DNA of 40,000 bases from Xanthomonas phage RTH11. A program made the position numbers and the translations under genes. The notes under the pieces are model-generated. The model was not told the origin of the DNA. It saw only the letters and a program-made list of their open reading frames with translations, and did not search any database. Shown here piece after piece: positions 27,013 through 35,653 of the stretch; position 1 is the first letter of the stretch; the number at the start of each line of letters is the position of its first letter. The DNA is taken from sequence record OQ790161.1. The stretch is one strand, 5' to 3'.

Positions 27013-28101
27013 TCAATCCAGATAGGGTCGAATGGCGTAATCGATGAGAATGGTCAGGTCCTCATACAGATCAGAAGGCATCGAAGAACGCAAGACACTA
27101 CTGCCTTCCATGTACTTCAGCCAACGCTTGATGTAGTTCAGGTATTGCTGATTGCGTGAATTGTCCGTACTGCGATTGAACTGGACCAAGAAGGCCACCA
27201 GATTCACACGTGCCAACACGACACTCCATTGCAGCTGGGTGGAGAAGGGCATCTCCGGGAGCCTTAGGACGTCGTGTAAATTCTCAGAGGAAACCGTAGG
27301 TATGTGAGACACCAACGTGTCAAAGTCCCACCGCTTGGGACCGGCTTGCTCCAGGAACTTATCAAGCACACGATCTACCTCCGCCGACCAGTCGGTCAGG
27401 TAGAACGGATGACGATAGGGATCCACAACCGGTCGGGTGCCGAAGTAACGGCCCATCAAGCGATTGAGGATGGCGATGTCGATTTGGCTGTCAAGCATGT
27501 TGGGCAGCGGATACGCTTGCAGGAAGTGACCGGGGGTCCGCACGGACTCATCCAGACCACCGTACTTCAAGCGCCACATCCGGTACTGACTGGCCAGCAT
27601 GGGAACATTGATCGAAATCACTGTCACACCGGGGGTAGCAGACGCGAACTGCCCATCGGCCACCGGCAGCTTGAGGGTACTCATGGGATGCCAGAGATAA
27701 CGAATCGGGGCCAGCTCCTCCCAATTCTTAATCCCAGCTTCCACGTCCCACGTATCGGTGTTGGCGACGTAGACCTCCGTTGACTGCTTGCCCAAGAAGT
27801 CACCGGGGCGAAACACCCGCCCTTTAGAAAGAGCAGAGTTCATTCCCAGGCTTTGCGTGAACAGTAGCGCGATGTCAGCGATCTTGTCATTGTAGGTAAC
27901 CGCATCGAGCTTTTGGCTCACGGGGATGCTGCCCAACAGGCGCAGCAAGAAATGCCCACCCTTGAGCATTCGAGGATTGATGCGGCGGTACTGCTTGATT
28001 CGGTCGATCGACAGCTGCAGTCCATCTCGGATCCTGCGGAAGTCGGGGAAGATCAATCCCCCACCGTAATGGAGGGGAGACTCCTGCAACAGATGATACA
28101 T
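27013..28101 (-). CDS. Uncharacterised protein
   Basis: ORF with probable start MYHLLQESPLHYGGGLIFPDFRRIRDGL at 28101 preceded (minus strand) by CGGAGG; track start at 28236 less likely. Confidence 0.6.
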   Translation of the reverse strand: MYHLLQESPLHYGGGLIFPDFRRIRDGLQLSIDRIKQYRRINPRMLKGGHFLLRLLGSIPVSQKLDAVTYNDKIADIALLFTQSLGMNSALSKGRVFRPGDFLGKQSTEVYVANTDTWDVEAGIKNWEELAPIRYLWHPMSTLKLPVADGQFASATPGVTVISINVPMLASQYRMWRLKYGGLDESVRTPGHFLQAYPLPNMLDSQIDIAILNRLMGRYFGTRPVVDPYRHPFYLTDWSAEVDRVLDKFLEQAGPKRWDFDTLVSHIPTVSSENLHDVLRLPEMPFSTQLQWSVVLARVNLVAFLVQFNRSTDNSRNQQYLNYIKRWLKYMEGSSVLRSSMPSDLYEDLTILIDYAIRPYLD

Positions 28102-28320
28102 GTCGCCTCCGGGCGGTGGTGTTATCGGTGCGGGGTAAAAGGGCCATATAATTCGGGTCTTAGAGGAGCTTACGTTTTTCTTTACCGAAAAGTGCTCTAT
28201 CATGTAGGGAATACGCTTCCCAGACATCCACCGCAACTGGATGTCGAAAACGTCGAGGTATATTATCGACGGGCGTAAATAGAATAGGATTCAAAGAAAT
28301 TTGGAAACTAAACTATACCC

Positions 28321-28348
28321 TTGACATTAGTAACGAGCCATCGATACT
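28321..28348 (+). promoter_or_regulatory. Candidate sigma70-like promoter upstream of the shell gene (TTGACA - N16 - GATACT)
   Basis: TTGACA 28321-28326, GATACT 28343-28348, 59 nt before the ATG at 28407. Confidence 0.4.
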
Positions 28349-28406
28349 GGTGTTCGCGCGAACTACCCATAGAAAAATCCGTCCAATCGAAACAGAGGAA
28401 TACGCA

Positions 28407-30347
28407 ATGTCCATGTCCCGTCCCGGCGACAACAACGGCAATGACAAGAACCAGCAGGGCACCCCGAAGAGCGGCGTGTTCAGCGATTCGTTCAACCAGA
28501 CCGGCAACTCGCAGAACGCCGGCGCTGCCCAGGGCAGCTCCAACACCAACCGCACCGGTGGCTCGCCGCGTGGCGTGAACCGCATCCTGTCCCAGCGCAC
28601 CGGCATGGGCCGCAAGCGTCCGGCCGCCGACATCAAGGCGATGCAGGAAGCCCTGAGCCTGGAACTGGACGCGTTCAACAACAACGCCGCCCTGCCCGAA
28701 GCGCAGGACTTCAAGCTGATCATGGCGGACCGCAACCGCCTGAACAAGAAGGTCGACGCGCTGATCTGCGTGCTGCCGGTCAACCACGAAGGCTCCATCC
28801 ACGCCGTCATCCACACCCTGCTGCTGGAAGACGCCAACGACGCCTACGAGCCGACCACCCTGCAGGTCGCCGGCAAGCAGTACCGCTACACCACCGCGGT
28901 GGGCGACGTCTACACCCCGGAGTTCTGGGCAACCATCGTGGACGTGGTCACCGAGCAGAGCGGCCTGAAGGTCATCCCGTACGACGCCGGTCACCAGACC
29001 ATCCCGGCTGAAGCGGACATCAAGGACAAGGACGCGATCCACAAGTTCGCCTTCTTCGCCAGCGAAGCGCTGACCCGCAACGCGCTGAGCCAGATCCTGA
29101 AGACCACCGCCGACGTGATCTCCCTGACCGACCTGGGCGACAGCGTCAACACCACCGCCGTGATCGACTTCCGTACCGTCGACGACCAGACCGCCTCCGG
29201 CCTGCCGCTCGCCAGCGATTACGAAGTGAAGCTGCGTTACAGCGACGTGGCCGGCGGCCAGGGCACCAACCAGAGCGGCAAGGCGTTCGAGCTCGGCAGC
29301 CAGATCCCGCTGGGTGGCGCGACCGGCATCATCGACCTGTCCTACTCGCCGCCGCCGCAGGCCGGCTTCGGTCAGCAGCAGCAGACCCAGCACTACTGGG
29401 CCCGTACCGTGCTGACCCGCCTGGACACCGACCAGGACGTGATCACGCCGGAACTGCAGGGCCTGTCCCTGCTGGCTGCCACCCTGATCGGCCGCAACCT
29501 GAACTGGGCGCGCACCTGGTCGCCGCAGTTCCGCAGCCAGGACGATGTGCTCAACGACATCGGCGCCATCGGCTACGAACTGCCGGGTCCGGACGGCCAG
29601 CCGTACGGTCGCATCCCGACCAACACGGCGTCCTTCGACGACGCGGCGCTGGCGAAGCTGGTCATGACGGCCATCCACGACCGTCCGATCATCTCGCTGG
29701 ACATCGAAGAGTCGGGTGAGCTGACCTGGCTGAACCGCGTGCTGCTGGACGCAGCCAACGGTTCGCAGGAAGCCGAGCAGGCCATCATCGACACGTTCGA
29801 CAACCTGACCGGCGGCAACTTCAGCAAGCTGTGGACCGGCGGCCGTCTGGTCGAAGACGACAACAACCGCATCCACCTGGGTTACTTCATCGCCGATGAC
29901 CTGGGCACCCGTCGTGACATCCGCAACCTGCGCTACCTGCAGGTGCTGAACCGTTACGCCGAGCAGGATCCGCAGATGATCGTCAAGTGGCAGGACACCT
30001 TCGACAACCAGGACCTGGACCCGGAAGTCCGCCTGGCCGAGCGTGAAGACCTGATCCGCAAGATCCTGGGCCCGACCGTCCGCATCACCGGCTACGCCCG
30101 TCGCGTGTCGTTCAACCCGGACTTCCTGAACTGCGCGCTGGAAGCGGCAGCGATGGCCGGTCTGCGCATCCGTCCGGAAAACACCCTGATCGGCTTCGGC
30201 CAGACCGTCTCGCGCGGTCGCGCCGACATGTCCTCGCTGGCCTTCGGTGGCCAGGGTGGTCGTGGTGTGTTCGTGCACGGCGGCAACAACAACGCCGGCC
30301 GCTCGTTCGCACGTCCGTTCACCGGCCGTGGTCCGTTCCTGCGCTAA
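28407..30347 (+). CDS. chmA: Chimallin-like phage nucleus shell protein (646 aa)
   Basis: Size; low-complexity Gly/Asn/Gln-rich N-terminal segment and Gly-rich C-terminal tail flanking an ordered core; sits immediately upstream of the split RNAP beta-prime N-terminal subunit with PhuZ and a divergent DNA polymerase to the left, as for phiKZ gp54/gp55 with gp39. RBS-like GAGGAA before ATG. Confidence 0.72.
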   Translation: MSMSRPGDNNGNDKNQQGTPKSGVFSDSFNQTGNSQNAGAAQGSSNTNRTGGSPRGVNRILSQRTGMGRKRPAADIKAMQEALSLELDAFNNNAALPEAQDFKLIMADRNRLNKKVDALICVLPVNHEGSIHAVIHTLLLEDANDAYEPTTLQVAGKQYRYTTAVGDVYTPEFWATIVDVVTEQSGLKVIPYDAGHQTIPAEADIKDKDAIHKFAFFASEALTRNALSQILKTTADVISLTDLGDSVNTTAVIDFRTVDDQTASGLPLASDYEVKLRYSDVAGGQGTNQSGKAFELGSQIPLGGATGIIDLSYSPPPQAGFGQQQQTQHYWARTVLTRLDTDQDVITPELQGLSLLAATLIGRNLNWARTWSPQFRSQDDVLNDIGAIGYELPGPDGQPYGRIPTNTASFDDAALAKLVMTAIHDRPIISLDIEESGELTWLNRVLLDAANGSQEAEQAIIDTFDNLTGGNFSKLWTGGRLVEDDNNRIHLGYFIADDLGTRRDIRNLRYLQVLNRYAEQDPQMIVKWQDTFDNQDLDPEVRLAEREDLIRKILGPTVRITGYARRVSFNPDFLNCALEAAAMAGLRIRPENTLIGFGQTVSRGRADMSSLAFGGQGGRGVFVHGGNNNAGRSFARPFTGRGPFLR

Positions 30348-30388
30348 GCCATCGACGTGAGTCGATAGCTGCAGGATAGCAACTGTGA

Positions 30389-30420
30389 GAAAGGCCGCCC
30401 TTCGGGGCGGCCTTTCTTTT
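30389..30420 (+). terminator. Strong intrinsic terminator after the shell gene
   Basis: GAAAGGCCGCCC-TTCG-GGGCGGCCTTTC followed by TTTT, perfect 12-bp stem. Confidence 0.88.
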
Positions 30421-30577
30421 TGCCGTCTACGTGTAAAAAGCAACACAGAACAGCTATGAAATGATCCGGTGTTTTGCTGAGCTGCCACCGGAGAGAACGA
30501 ATCGAAGGCTCAGTGCAGAAAGGGGATGAACTATCAACGCACTACTTTCATTTGACCCCGAGTCGATTGATCCCCCG

Positions 30578-32062
30578 TTGCGTGCTCGCAAGCGCGACGG
30601 GATTGACAAGTGTCGCAAGTTCGATGGCATTGCGATGCGACTGGTGGACCTGAACCGGGATTTCGAAACGGCCAGCAATCCGCCGGTGATCGTCAACTCC
30701 TTCAACGTGAACACCGTCGAAGACAAGCAGCTGCTGGATCGGATGATCTACACCTACTACGAAGGCGATAGCCTGAATGTGGTGCCGACCTGCGACTGTG
30801 GCAAAACCAAGGGCGCTGGCAAGATCGGCAGCCGTTGTCCCAAGTGCAACGGTGAAGTCCGTCCGGTCAGTGAGCAACCGCTGGAGCCGCTGCTGTGGCT
30901 GGCTCCGCCTGACGGTGTCAAGACCTTCATCAACCCCCAAGCGTGGACCATGTTGTCCAAGGCTCTCTCGCATGGTGGGGTGAACGGTCTGGCCTGGCTG
31001 TGTGATCCTTACATGCCAGTGGGTAACGAACCCCATCGTGAGATCCGTCGTCTGATGGATCTGGGTATCGAACGTGGGATCAACAACTTCTACGACAATT
31101 TCGATGAGATCATCGAGATGCTGTTCAATGCCGGGGTGATCTCGGGCACCAGCCGTCGTCAACGCGAAGATCTCTACCAGTTCATCAAGCTCAACCGCGA
31201 TCGCATCTTCACCCGCCACCTGCCGATCCCCTCGCGCATGGGGTTTGTGACCGAGCGGTCGATTACCGGTTCGTTTGCTGATACCACGATGAAGACAGCG
31301 ATCGAGGCCATTCGCACGATCTCGGCCACCGTCCATTCGCTGATCCCGCTGGACATCAAGCGACTGCAGTCGCGTACGGTAAAGGCCAACGAGTATCTGG
31401 CCGTTTACCATCAGGAGTACATGTCCGCAACGCTGACGTCCAAGCGTGGCTGGCTGCGTAAGAACGTCTTCGGTTCTCCGCTGTACTTCACCTTCCGTGC
31501 CGTGATCTCCTCGCTGTCGGAGCGCCACGAGTACGATGAGTTGCACCTGCCGTGGGGTGTGGCGGTCTCGACCTACGAGGTCCACCTCACTTCCAAGATG
31601 TTCCGCCTGAACAATCCGGATACCGGCCGGCCGTTTACTCCCAACGAAATCAAGAAGCACTTGCGCGAGCACACGCTGCGTTACAGTCCGCTGATTGATC
31701 AGTTGTTCAAGGAGCTGATCGCCGAATCCCCGCACAAGGGACTGCCGGTCCTGTTCAACCGCAATCCGTCACTGGACCGCGGTTCGATCCAGGAATTCTT
31801 CGTCACCAAGATCAATCCGGATCCGAAGATCAACGCCGTGGCCATGTCGGTCCTGACGCTGAAGGCGCCCAACGCCGACTTCGATGGCGATGCACTGAAC
31901 GGCACCCCGCTGTTGTCCAACCGCTTGGAGCGTGCATTCAACGTGCTTGCTCCGCACCAAGGCGTCTTGGATCTGGACCGCCCACGTTCCATGTCCAGAA
32001 ACCAAGCGATGCCGCCACCGGTGGCAAGTACCATCGCCAACTGGCTGCACGGTGGCAAGTAG
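30578..32062 (+). CDS. Multisubunit RNA polymerase beta-prime N-terminal subunit (phiKZ-type split RNAP); 5' end uncertain
   Basis: APNADFDGDALNG catalytic motif, CDCGKTKGAGKIGSRCPKC zinc-binding motif, SLIPLDIKRLQSRTVKANEYLAVYHQ. Frame opens at 30530; a TTG is at 30578 and an ATG in a shifted frame at 30526. Confidence 0.88.
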   Translation: MRARKRDGIDKCRKFDGIAMRLVDLNRDFETASNPPVIVNSFNVNTVEDKQLLDRMIYTYYEGDSLNVVPTCDCGKTKGAGKIGSRCPKCNGEVRPVSEQPLEPLLWLAPPDGVKTFINPQAWTMLSKALSHGGVNGLAWLCDPYMPVGNEPHREIRRLMDLGIERGINNFYDNFDEIIEMLFNAGVISGTSRRQREDLYQFIKLNRDRIFTRHLPIPSRMGFVTERSITGSFADTTMKTAIEAIRTISATVHSLIPLDIKRLQSRTVKANEYLAVYHQEYMSATLTSKRGWLRKNVFGSPLYFTFRAVISSLSERHEYDELHLPWGVAVSTYEVHLTSKMFRLNNPDTGRPFTPNEIKKHLREHTLRYSPLIDQLFKELIAESPHKGLPVLFNRNPSLDRGSIQEFFVTKINPDPKINAVAMSVLTLKAPNADFDGDALNGTPLLSNRLERAFNVLAPHQGVLDLDRPRSMSRNQAMPPPVASTIANWLHGGK

Positions 32063-32064
32063 TG

Positions 32065-32090
32065 AAGGGGCCCTTCGGGGCCTCTTGTTT
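32065..32090 (+). terminator. Terminator-like hairpin after RNAP subunit
   Basis: AAGGGGCCC-TTCG-GGGCCTCTT then GTTTT. Confidence 0.7.
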
Positions 32091-32113
32091 TCCCTTACCT
32101 CAAGAGACACCCA

Positions 32114-32434
32114 ATGTCCGAGAACAAAGACTACAGCCGCATCCTTGCGTTGGCACTGACTCAGGTCTTGCCGATTGCCAAGCGCGCGGTGGAGGCGGAT
32201 AACGCCAAGGCTGAAGCCACCGAAGAAGCCATCGCGGCCATCGTTGGTGATGATGTCGAATCGGATGCTCAGCTGATTGAAATCAGCGCCGGCTACACGG
32301 CCGTCAATCTGGATGAAGTTCGCATCCACCGGGGCGAAGAAGCCCTGCGGCAGTTCAATACCACCGACAAGTCCGTCGTTGGTCTGGGCGAAAGCGCCCT
32401 GGATGGCGAGTTCAACATCGAGTTCGAGCTCTAA
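32114..32434 (+). CDS. Tandem paralog 1, small acidic protein
   Basis: ILALALTQVLPIAKRAVE ... LGESALDGEFNIEFEL-stop. Confidence 0.65.
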   Translation: MSENKDYSRILALALTQVLPIAKRAVEADNAKAEATEEAIAAIVGDDVESDAQLIEISAGYTAVNLDEVRIHRGEEALRQFNTTDKSVVGLGESALDGEFNIEFEL

Positions 32435-32497
32435 GTCCTGTTCCACGTAAGGGTTCTACGGAACCAACCCTTTTTTCTTCCGCAATCGAGAATACTG

Positions 32498-32830
32498 ATG
32501 ACCCAGAAGACCGATACCGAATTCGCCCGTGCACTGGCCCTGTCGCTGACCCAGGTCCTGCCCATCGCCAAGCGTGCCGCCCAGGCCGATGGCGTGGCCA
32601 ACGCCAATGCCAACCTGACGCATCTCAATGACGTCAGCGCCAACGGCGAATCGGATGCGTCCAACATCAAGAAGGCTCAGCTGGACAAGGACGTGGCCGC
32701 CCACCACGCCGACACCAAGCGCCTGCAGCGTGCCAGCCACCTGCTCGAGCAGTTCGACCAGACCGAGCAGCACATCCGTGAGCTGCCCGAAGACCACTTC
32801 GACGGCACCTTCGAAGTCAAGTTCGACTAA
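32498..32830 (+). CDS. Tandem paralog 2, small acidic protein
   Basis: ALALSLTQVLPIAKRAAQ ... ELPEDHFDGTFEVKFD-stop. Confidence 0.65.
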   Translation: MTQKTDTEFARALALSLTQVLPIAKRAAQADGVANANANLTHLNDVSANGESDASNIKKAQLDKDVAAHHADTKRLQRASHLLEQFDQTEQHIRELPEDHFDGTFEVKFD

Positions 32831-32841
32831 GCGCCGGCATA

Positions 32842-32867
32842 AGCGGAGGGTCTTCGGACCCTCCGCT
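32842..32867 (+). terminator. Hairpin with UUCG loop
   Basis: AGCGGAGGGTC-TTCG-GACCCTCCGCT. Confidence 0.7.
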
Positions 32868-32894
32868 CCTGTGCCCCCAATCGGATTTTTCTTT

Positions 32895-33404
32895 ATGTCC
32901 ACCAGCCCCTACCCCAAGATTCCCAGCCTGAGGCTATTGACCGGCGGTCTTCGCACCACGTTCAAGCCGATGCTCTCCAGTAACCCCGATCCTGAACTCC
33001 TCGTTAAGGTGCGAGTGGGACTGCAAGGGGACATCGTGACCCATGGCTACCACATCGGCCTGCACGATGCGTTCGTCCAGAACAACCTGGATCTCACCGA
33101 GCAGGACTTCAATCACATCACCAAGATGTACTGGTTGCGCATCCGTACCCGTTTGGAGATGGAGGCATTTGCCAGACGTAGCAACTTGTGGTGGGTGTCG
33201 ATCGGGCTGAAGTTGCGCCCGGATGCCATCAACTACGCCATGACGAATCAGATAAGCCCGTGGCAACACATGGCTAACGGGGATGTGCCTGAAGATGAAC
33301 TCTATCTTGAAGTGATGCGTGGTCCGGACGAATTCGTTGCCTACGCGATGGATCATTACACCAAGCCACTTCCGCCCCTTACCTTGGTGCCGACACCCGG
33401 TTGA
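32895..33404 (+). CDS. Hypothetical phage protein
   Basis: Probable start MSTSPYPKIPSLRLLTGGLRTTFKPML... at 32895; lies inside the paralog array but lacks the shared tail. Confidence 0.6.
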   Translation: MSTSPYPKIPSLRLLTGGLRTTFKPMLSSNPDPELLVKVRVGLQGDIVTHGYHIGLHDAFVQNNLDLTEQDFNHITKMYWLRIRTRLEMEAFARRSNLWWVSIGLKLRPDAINYAMTNQISPWQHMANGDVPEDELYLEVMRGPDEFVAYAMDHYTKPLPPLTLVPTPG

Positions 33405-33418
33405 ACTAGGAGAACAAG

Positions 33419-33991
33419 ATGGACCAGTTTCTGTTGAAAACCCCTGACCCCTATCTTCGCCAAGGTGCGCTGGCCACCACCGACACGCGCGGTGATCGGG
33501 TCAAGATCAGTTTCGAGGTGGGTGGGGATTTCGTCTTCACTCATGTCCGCCCACCTTACGCCAACATCAGTCCCGCTCAAGTGGAAGAGAAAGTGGACCA
33601 CGTGATCGCCAACGGTGAATCCTTGCGTGGAGTGATGGATGATTACCAGCGCGTGGAGAACTTCTCACAGGCGGTCAAGGAAACCTTGGCACCCTTGCGC
33701 GAAGAGGTCCGCGAAGCCACTTCCCGCACTGTCGAGCTGGATAACCTCACCCAGTTCTTGGGCGTGAGCCTACGTGGCGTGCTCCCCTTTGCCATTGAGA
33801 GCGTCGCACAGCGCCGCTATCAGGCAGAGGTGAATGAAGACCCCGATGCCATGGTCAGTGCCGTCAAGGCCCACCAGCTCATCGACAGGGCCGAGGCGGC
33901 GCTTGTGGCGCTGCGTGAGACTGACCTCAACATCGACGACAAGTCCGATGATGAGCTGGACGGTGAGTTCACCATCTTCTTTGAGGACTAG
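33419..33991 (+). CDS. Tandem paralog 3
   Basis: LTQFLGVSLRGVLPFAIES...DRAEAALVALRETDLNIDDKSDDELDGEFTIFFED-stop. Confidence 0.65.
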   Translation: MDQFLLKTPDPYLRQGALATTDTRGDRVKISFEVGGDFVFTHVRPPYANISPAQVEEKVDHVIANGESLRGVMDDYQRVENFSQAVKETLAPLREEVREATSRTVELDNLTQFLGVSLRGVLPFAIESVAQRRYQAEVNEDPDAMVSAVKAHQLIDRAEAALVALRETDLNIDDKSDDELDGEFTIFFED

Positions 33992-33995
33992 ACCC

Positions 33996-34466
33996 ATGTC
34001 CTACGATCCGCTGGAAAACTCACCCGCGTTGCAAACCTCCCACAAACAGTTCATGACCGCCACTGGACTTCAACAGAAGCTGTCTTTGGGCGATCGGATC
34101 ATGGACTTGGTTTCGGCTGGGTTTGAGGACTGTGCCCCGGATCGGATGGAGGCTACCACCGGCTATGTGATGGTACCGGTGGCGCGTTTGGAGAGTCTGG
34201 GCATACAGATCCATGAAGAGCGCAAGCTGACTCAGTTCCTTGGAGTGGCCTTGCGTGAGGTCGTGCCCTGGGCGGGTAACGAACTCGGTACCCTCATTGA
34301 AGGTCAGGTCACTGAACAGGATCAGGCCTTAGTGAAGGAAGCACAGCAAGCAGTCACCCGCGCTGAAACGGCACTGGCTGCATTGCGCCAAACAACCTTG
34401 TTCATCGACAACACGCCCGCCAACGCGTTCGACGATGAGTTCCGAGTTACTTTTGAGGAGGAGTGA
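33996..34466 (+). CDS. Tandem paralog 4
   Basis: LTQFLGVALREVVPWAGNE...TRAETALAALRQTTLFIDNTPANAFDDEFRVTFEEE-stop. Confidence 0.65.
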   Translation: MSYDPLENSPALQTSHKQFMTATGLQQKLSLGDRIMDLVSAGFEDCAPDRMEATTGYVMVPVARLESLGIQIHEERKLTQFLGVALREVVPWAGNELGTLIEGQVTEQDQALVKEAQQAVTRAETALAALRQTTLFIDNTPANAFDDEFRVTFEEE

Positions 34467-35005
34467 TGGACATCGATAAACAAATGGCTGCCCGCGTTTG
34501 CACGCTGGTAGCTGAAGGAGTCAGTCCGGACGTGGCCGCACTGCAAGTGATTGGCGACGTCAATCATCCGGCCGTCAACGTGATCGAACAGCTCCAACGC
34601 ACCGAAGGGCTGGATTACTCCCGCACCATCTTGAAGGTTGCCGCCAAGGGACTGGAAGGACATCGGCTTGCCCCGGAGCCGGACTACCTCGGCTTTGACT
34701 TGGATAGCGTCCAAGAAACCCTGAGCCAGGTCTCCCGTCAGCTGGACACAGAGCGTGACCTCACTTGCGCACTGGGTGTGGCCCTGCGACAGGTACTGCC
34801 TCATGCCGAGCAGGAAGTGAACTCACTCGAAGACGATGCCGACTGCGATCGCGACAGCGGTACGGCAGAAATAGCTGCTGAAGGTCGCCGCTCCCTCCAA
34901 CGCGCACGCATCGTCCTGAAGAAGCTCGACCAGACCCACCTGTCGGTACGCGACTTTAAGGACGATCATTTCGATGAGTCCTTCAACATCAAGTTCGAGG
35001 ACTGA
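34463..35005 (+). CDS. Tandem paralog 5
   Basis: LTCALGVALRQVLPHAEQE...LQRARIVLKKLDQTHLSVRDFKDDHFDESFNIKFED-stop. Confidence 0.65.
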   Translation: MMDIDKQMAARVCTLVAEGVSPDVAALQVIGDVNHPAVNVIEQLQRTEGLDYSRTILKVAAKGLEGHRLAPEPDYLGFDLDSVQETLSQVSRQLDTERDLTCALGVALRQVLPHAEQEVNSLEDDADCDRDSGTAEIAAEGRRSLQRARIVLKKLDQTHLSVRDFKDDHFDESFNIKFED

Positions 35006-35007
35006 AC

Positions 35008-35535
35008 ATGGATACCAATACGCCAGAAGCCAAGAGAATCATCGAACTGGTGGCCAAGGAACTCCCGGCACACATACGGGACTATCCTTCCTTCGTAGTG
35101 GTTGAGAAGGCTCAAGGAAAAGAAATGGCCAACTTCGCCCGTGCACTCGTGGCGACTGCGCCGGCTCAGAAGCGGACATCCGGGTTTGATCGGACCGTAG
35201 CGATCGGTGAGAACGACGTCTACAAGGCTCACACGCGAATCGACCAAGCCGTTCAGAACGAGATCAATCGACTGGGCGCCACCGTGGAGGCCTACGGGAT
35301 TTACACGCAGAGTCTGGCAGTGGTACTGCGCGACGTACTTCCCATGGTGGAAGAAACGGTGGAATCCACCGGTGAACTGGGCCGTGATTTTATCGAAGCC
35401 TACCAACAGGAAAAGCGTCTTCTGCAACGTGCCAAGGCGGTACTCAAGGCGGTGGATGAAGATCCCATCCTCCATGTTCGTGACGTCTACGCCCAGGACG
35501 TCGATGAGCAATTTGACATCAAGTTTGAGGAGTAA
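35008..35535 (+). CDS. Tandem paralog 6
   Basis: QSLAVVLRDVLPMVEET...LQRAKAVLKAVDEDPILHVRDVYAQDVDEQFDIKFEE-stop. Confidence 0.65.
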   Translation: MDTNTPEAKRIIELVAKELPAHIRDYPSFVVVEKAQGKEMANFARALVATAPAQKRTSGFDRTVAIGENDVYKAHTRIDQAVQNEINRLGATVEAYGIYTQSLAVVLRDVLPMVEETVESTGELGRDFIEAYQQEKRLLQRAKAVLKAVDEDPILHVRDVYAQDVDEQFDIKFEE

Positions 35536-35653
35536 CGGGATCTCAAAACTATACCATCCTCTTGTAACCACAAGTAAAAGGTGTAGGATGTTCCCGAAGT
35601 GAAGTGGATTTTTACAGGTCTTATTAACGGTATAGATACCCAAAGGAAACCTG

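Noticed and set aside
28308-30488. Full-length 726-aa ORF overlapping the shell gene on the other strand (MAAQQNTGSFHSC...)
   Set aside because: Low-complexity, Val/Arg/Gln/His-rich translation typical of antisense shadow frames in GC-rich genes; the sense frame has an RBS, coherent protein character and a matching terminator.
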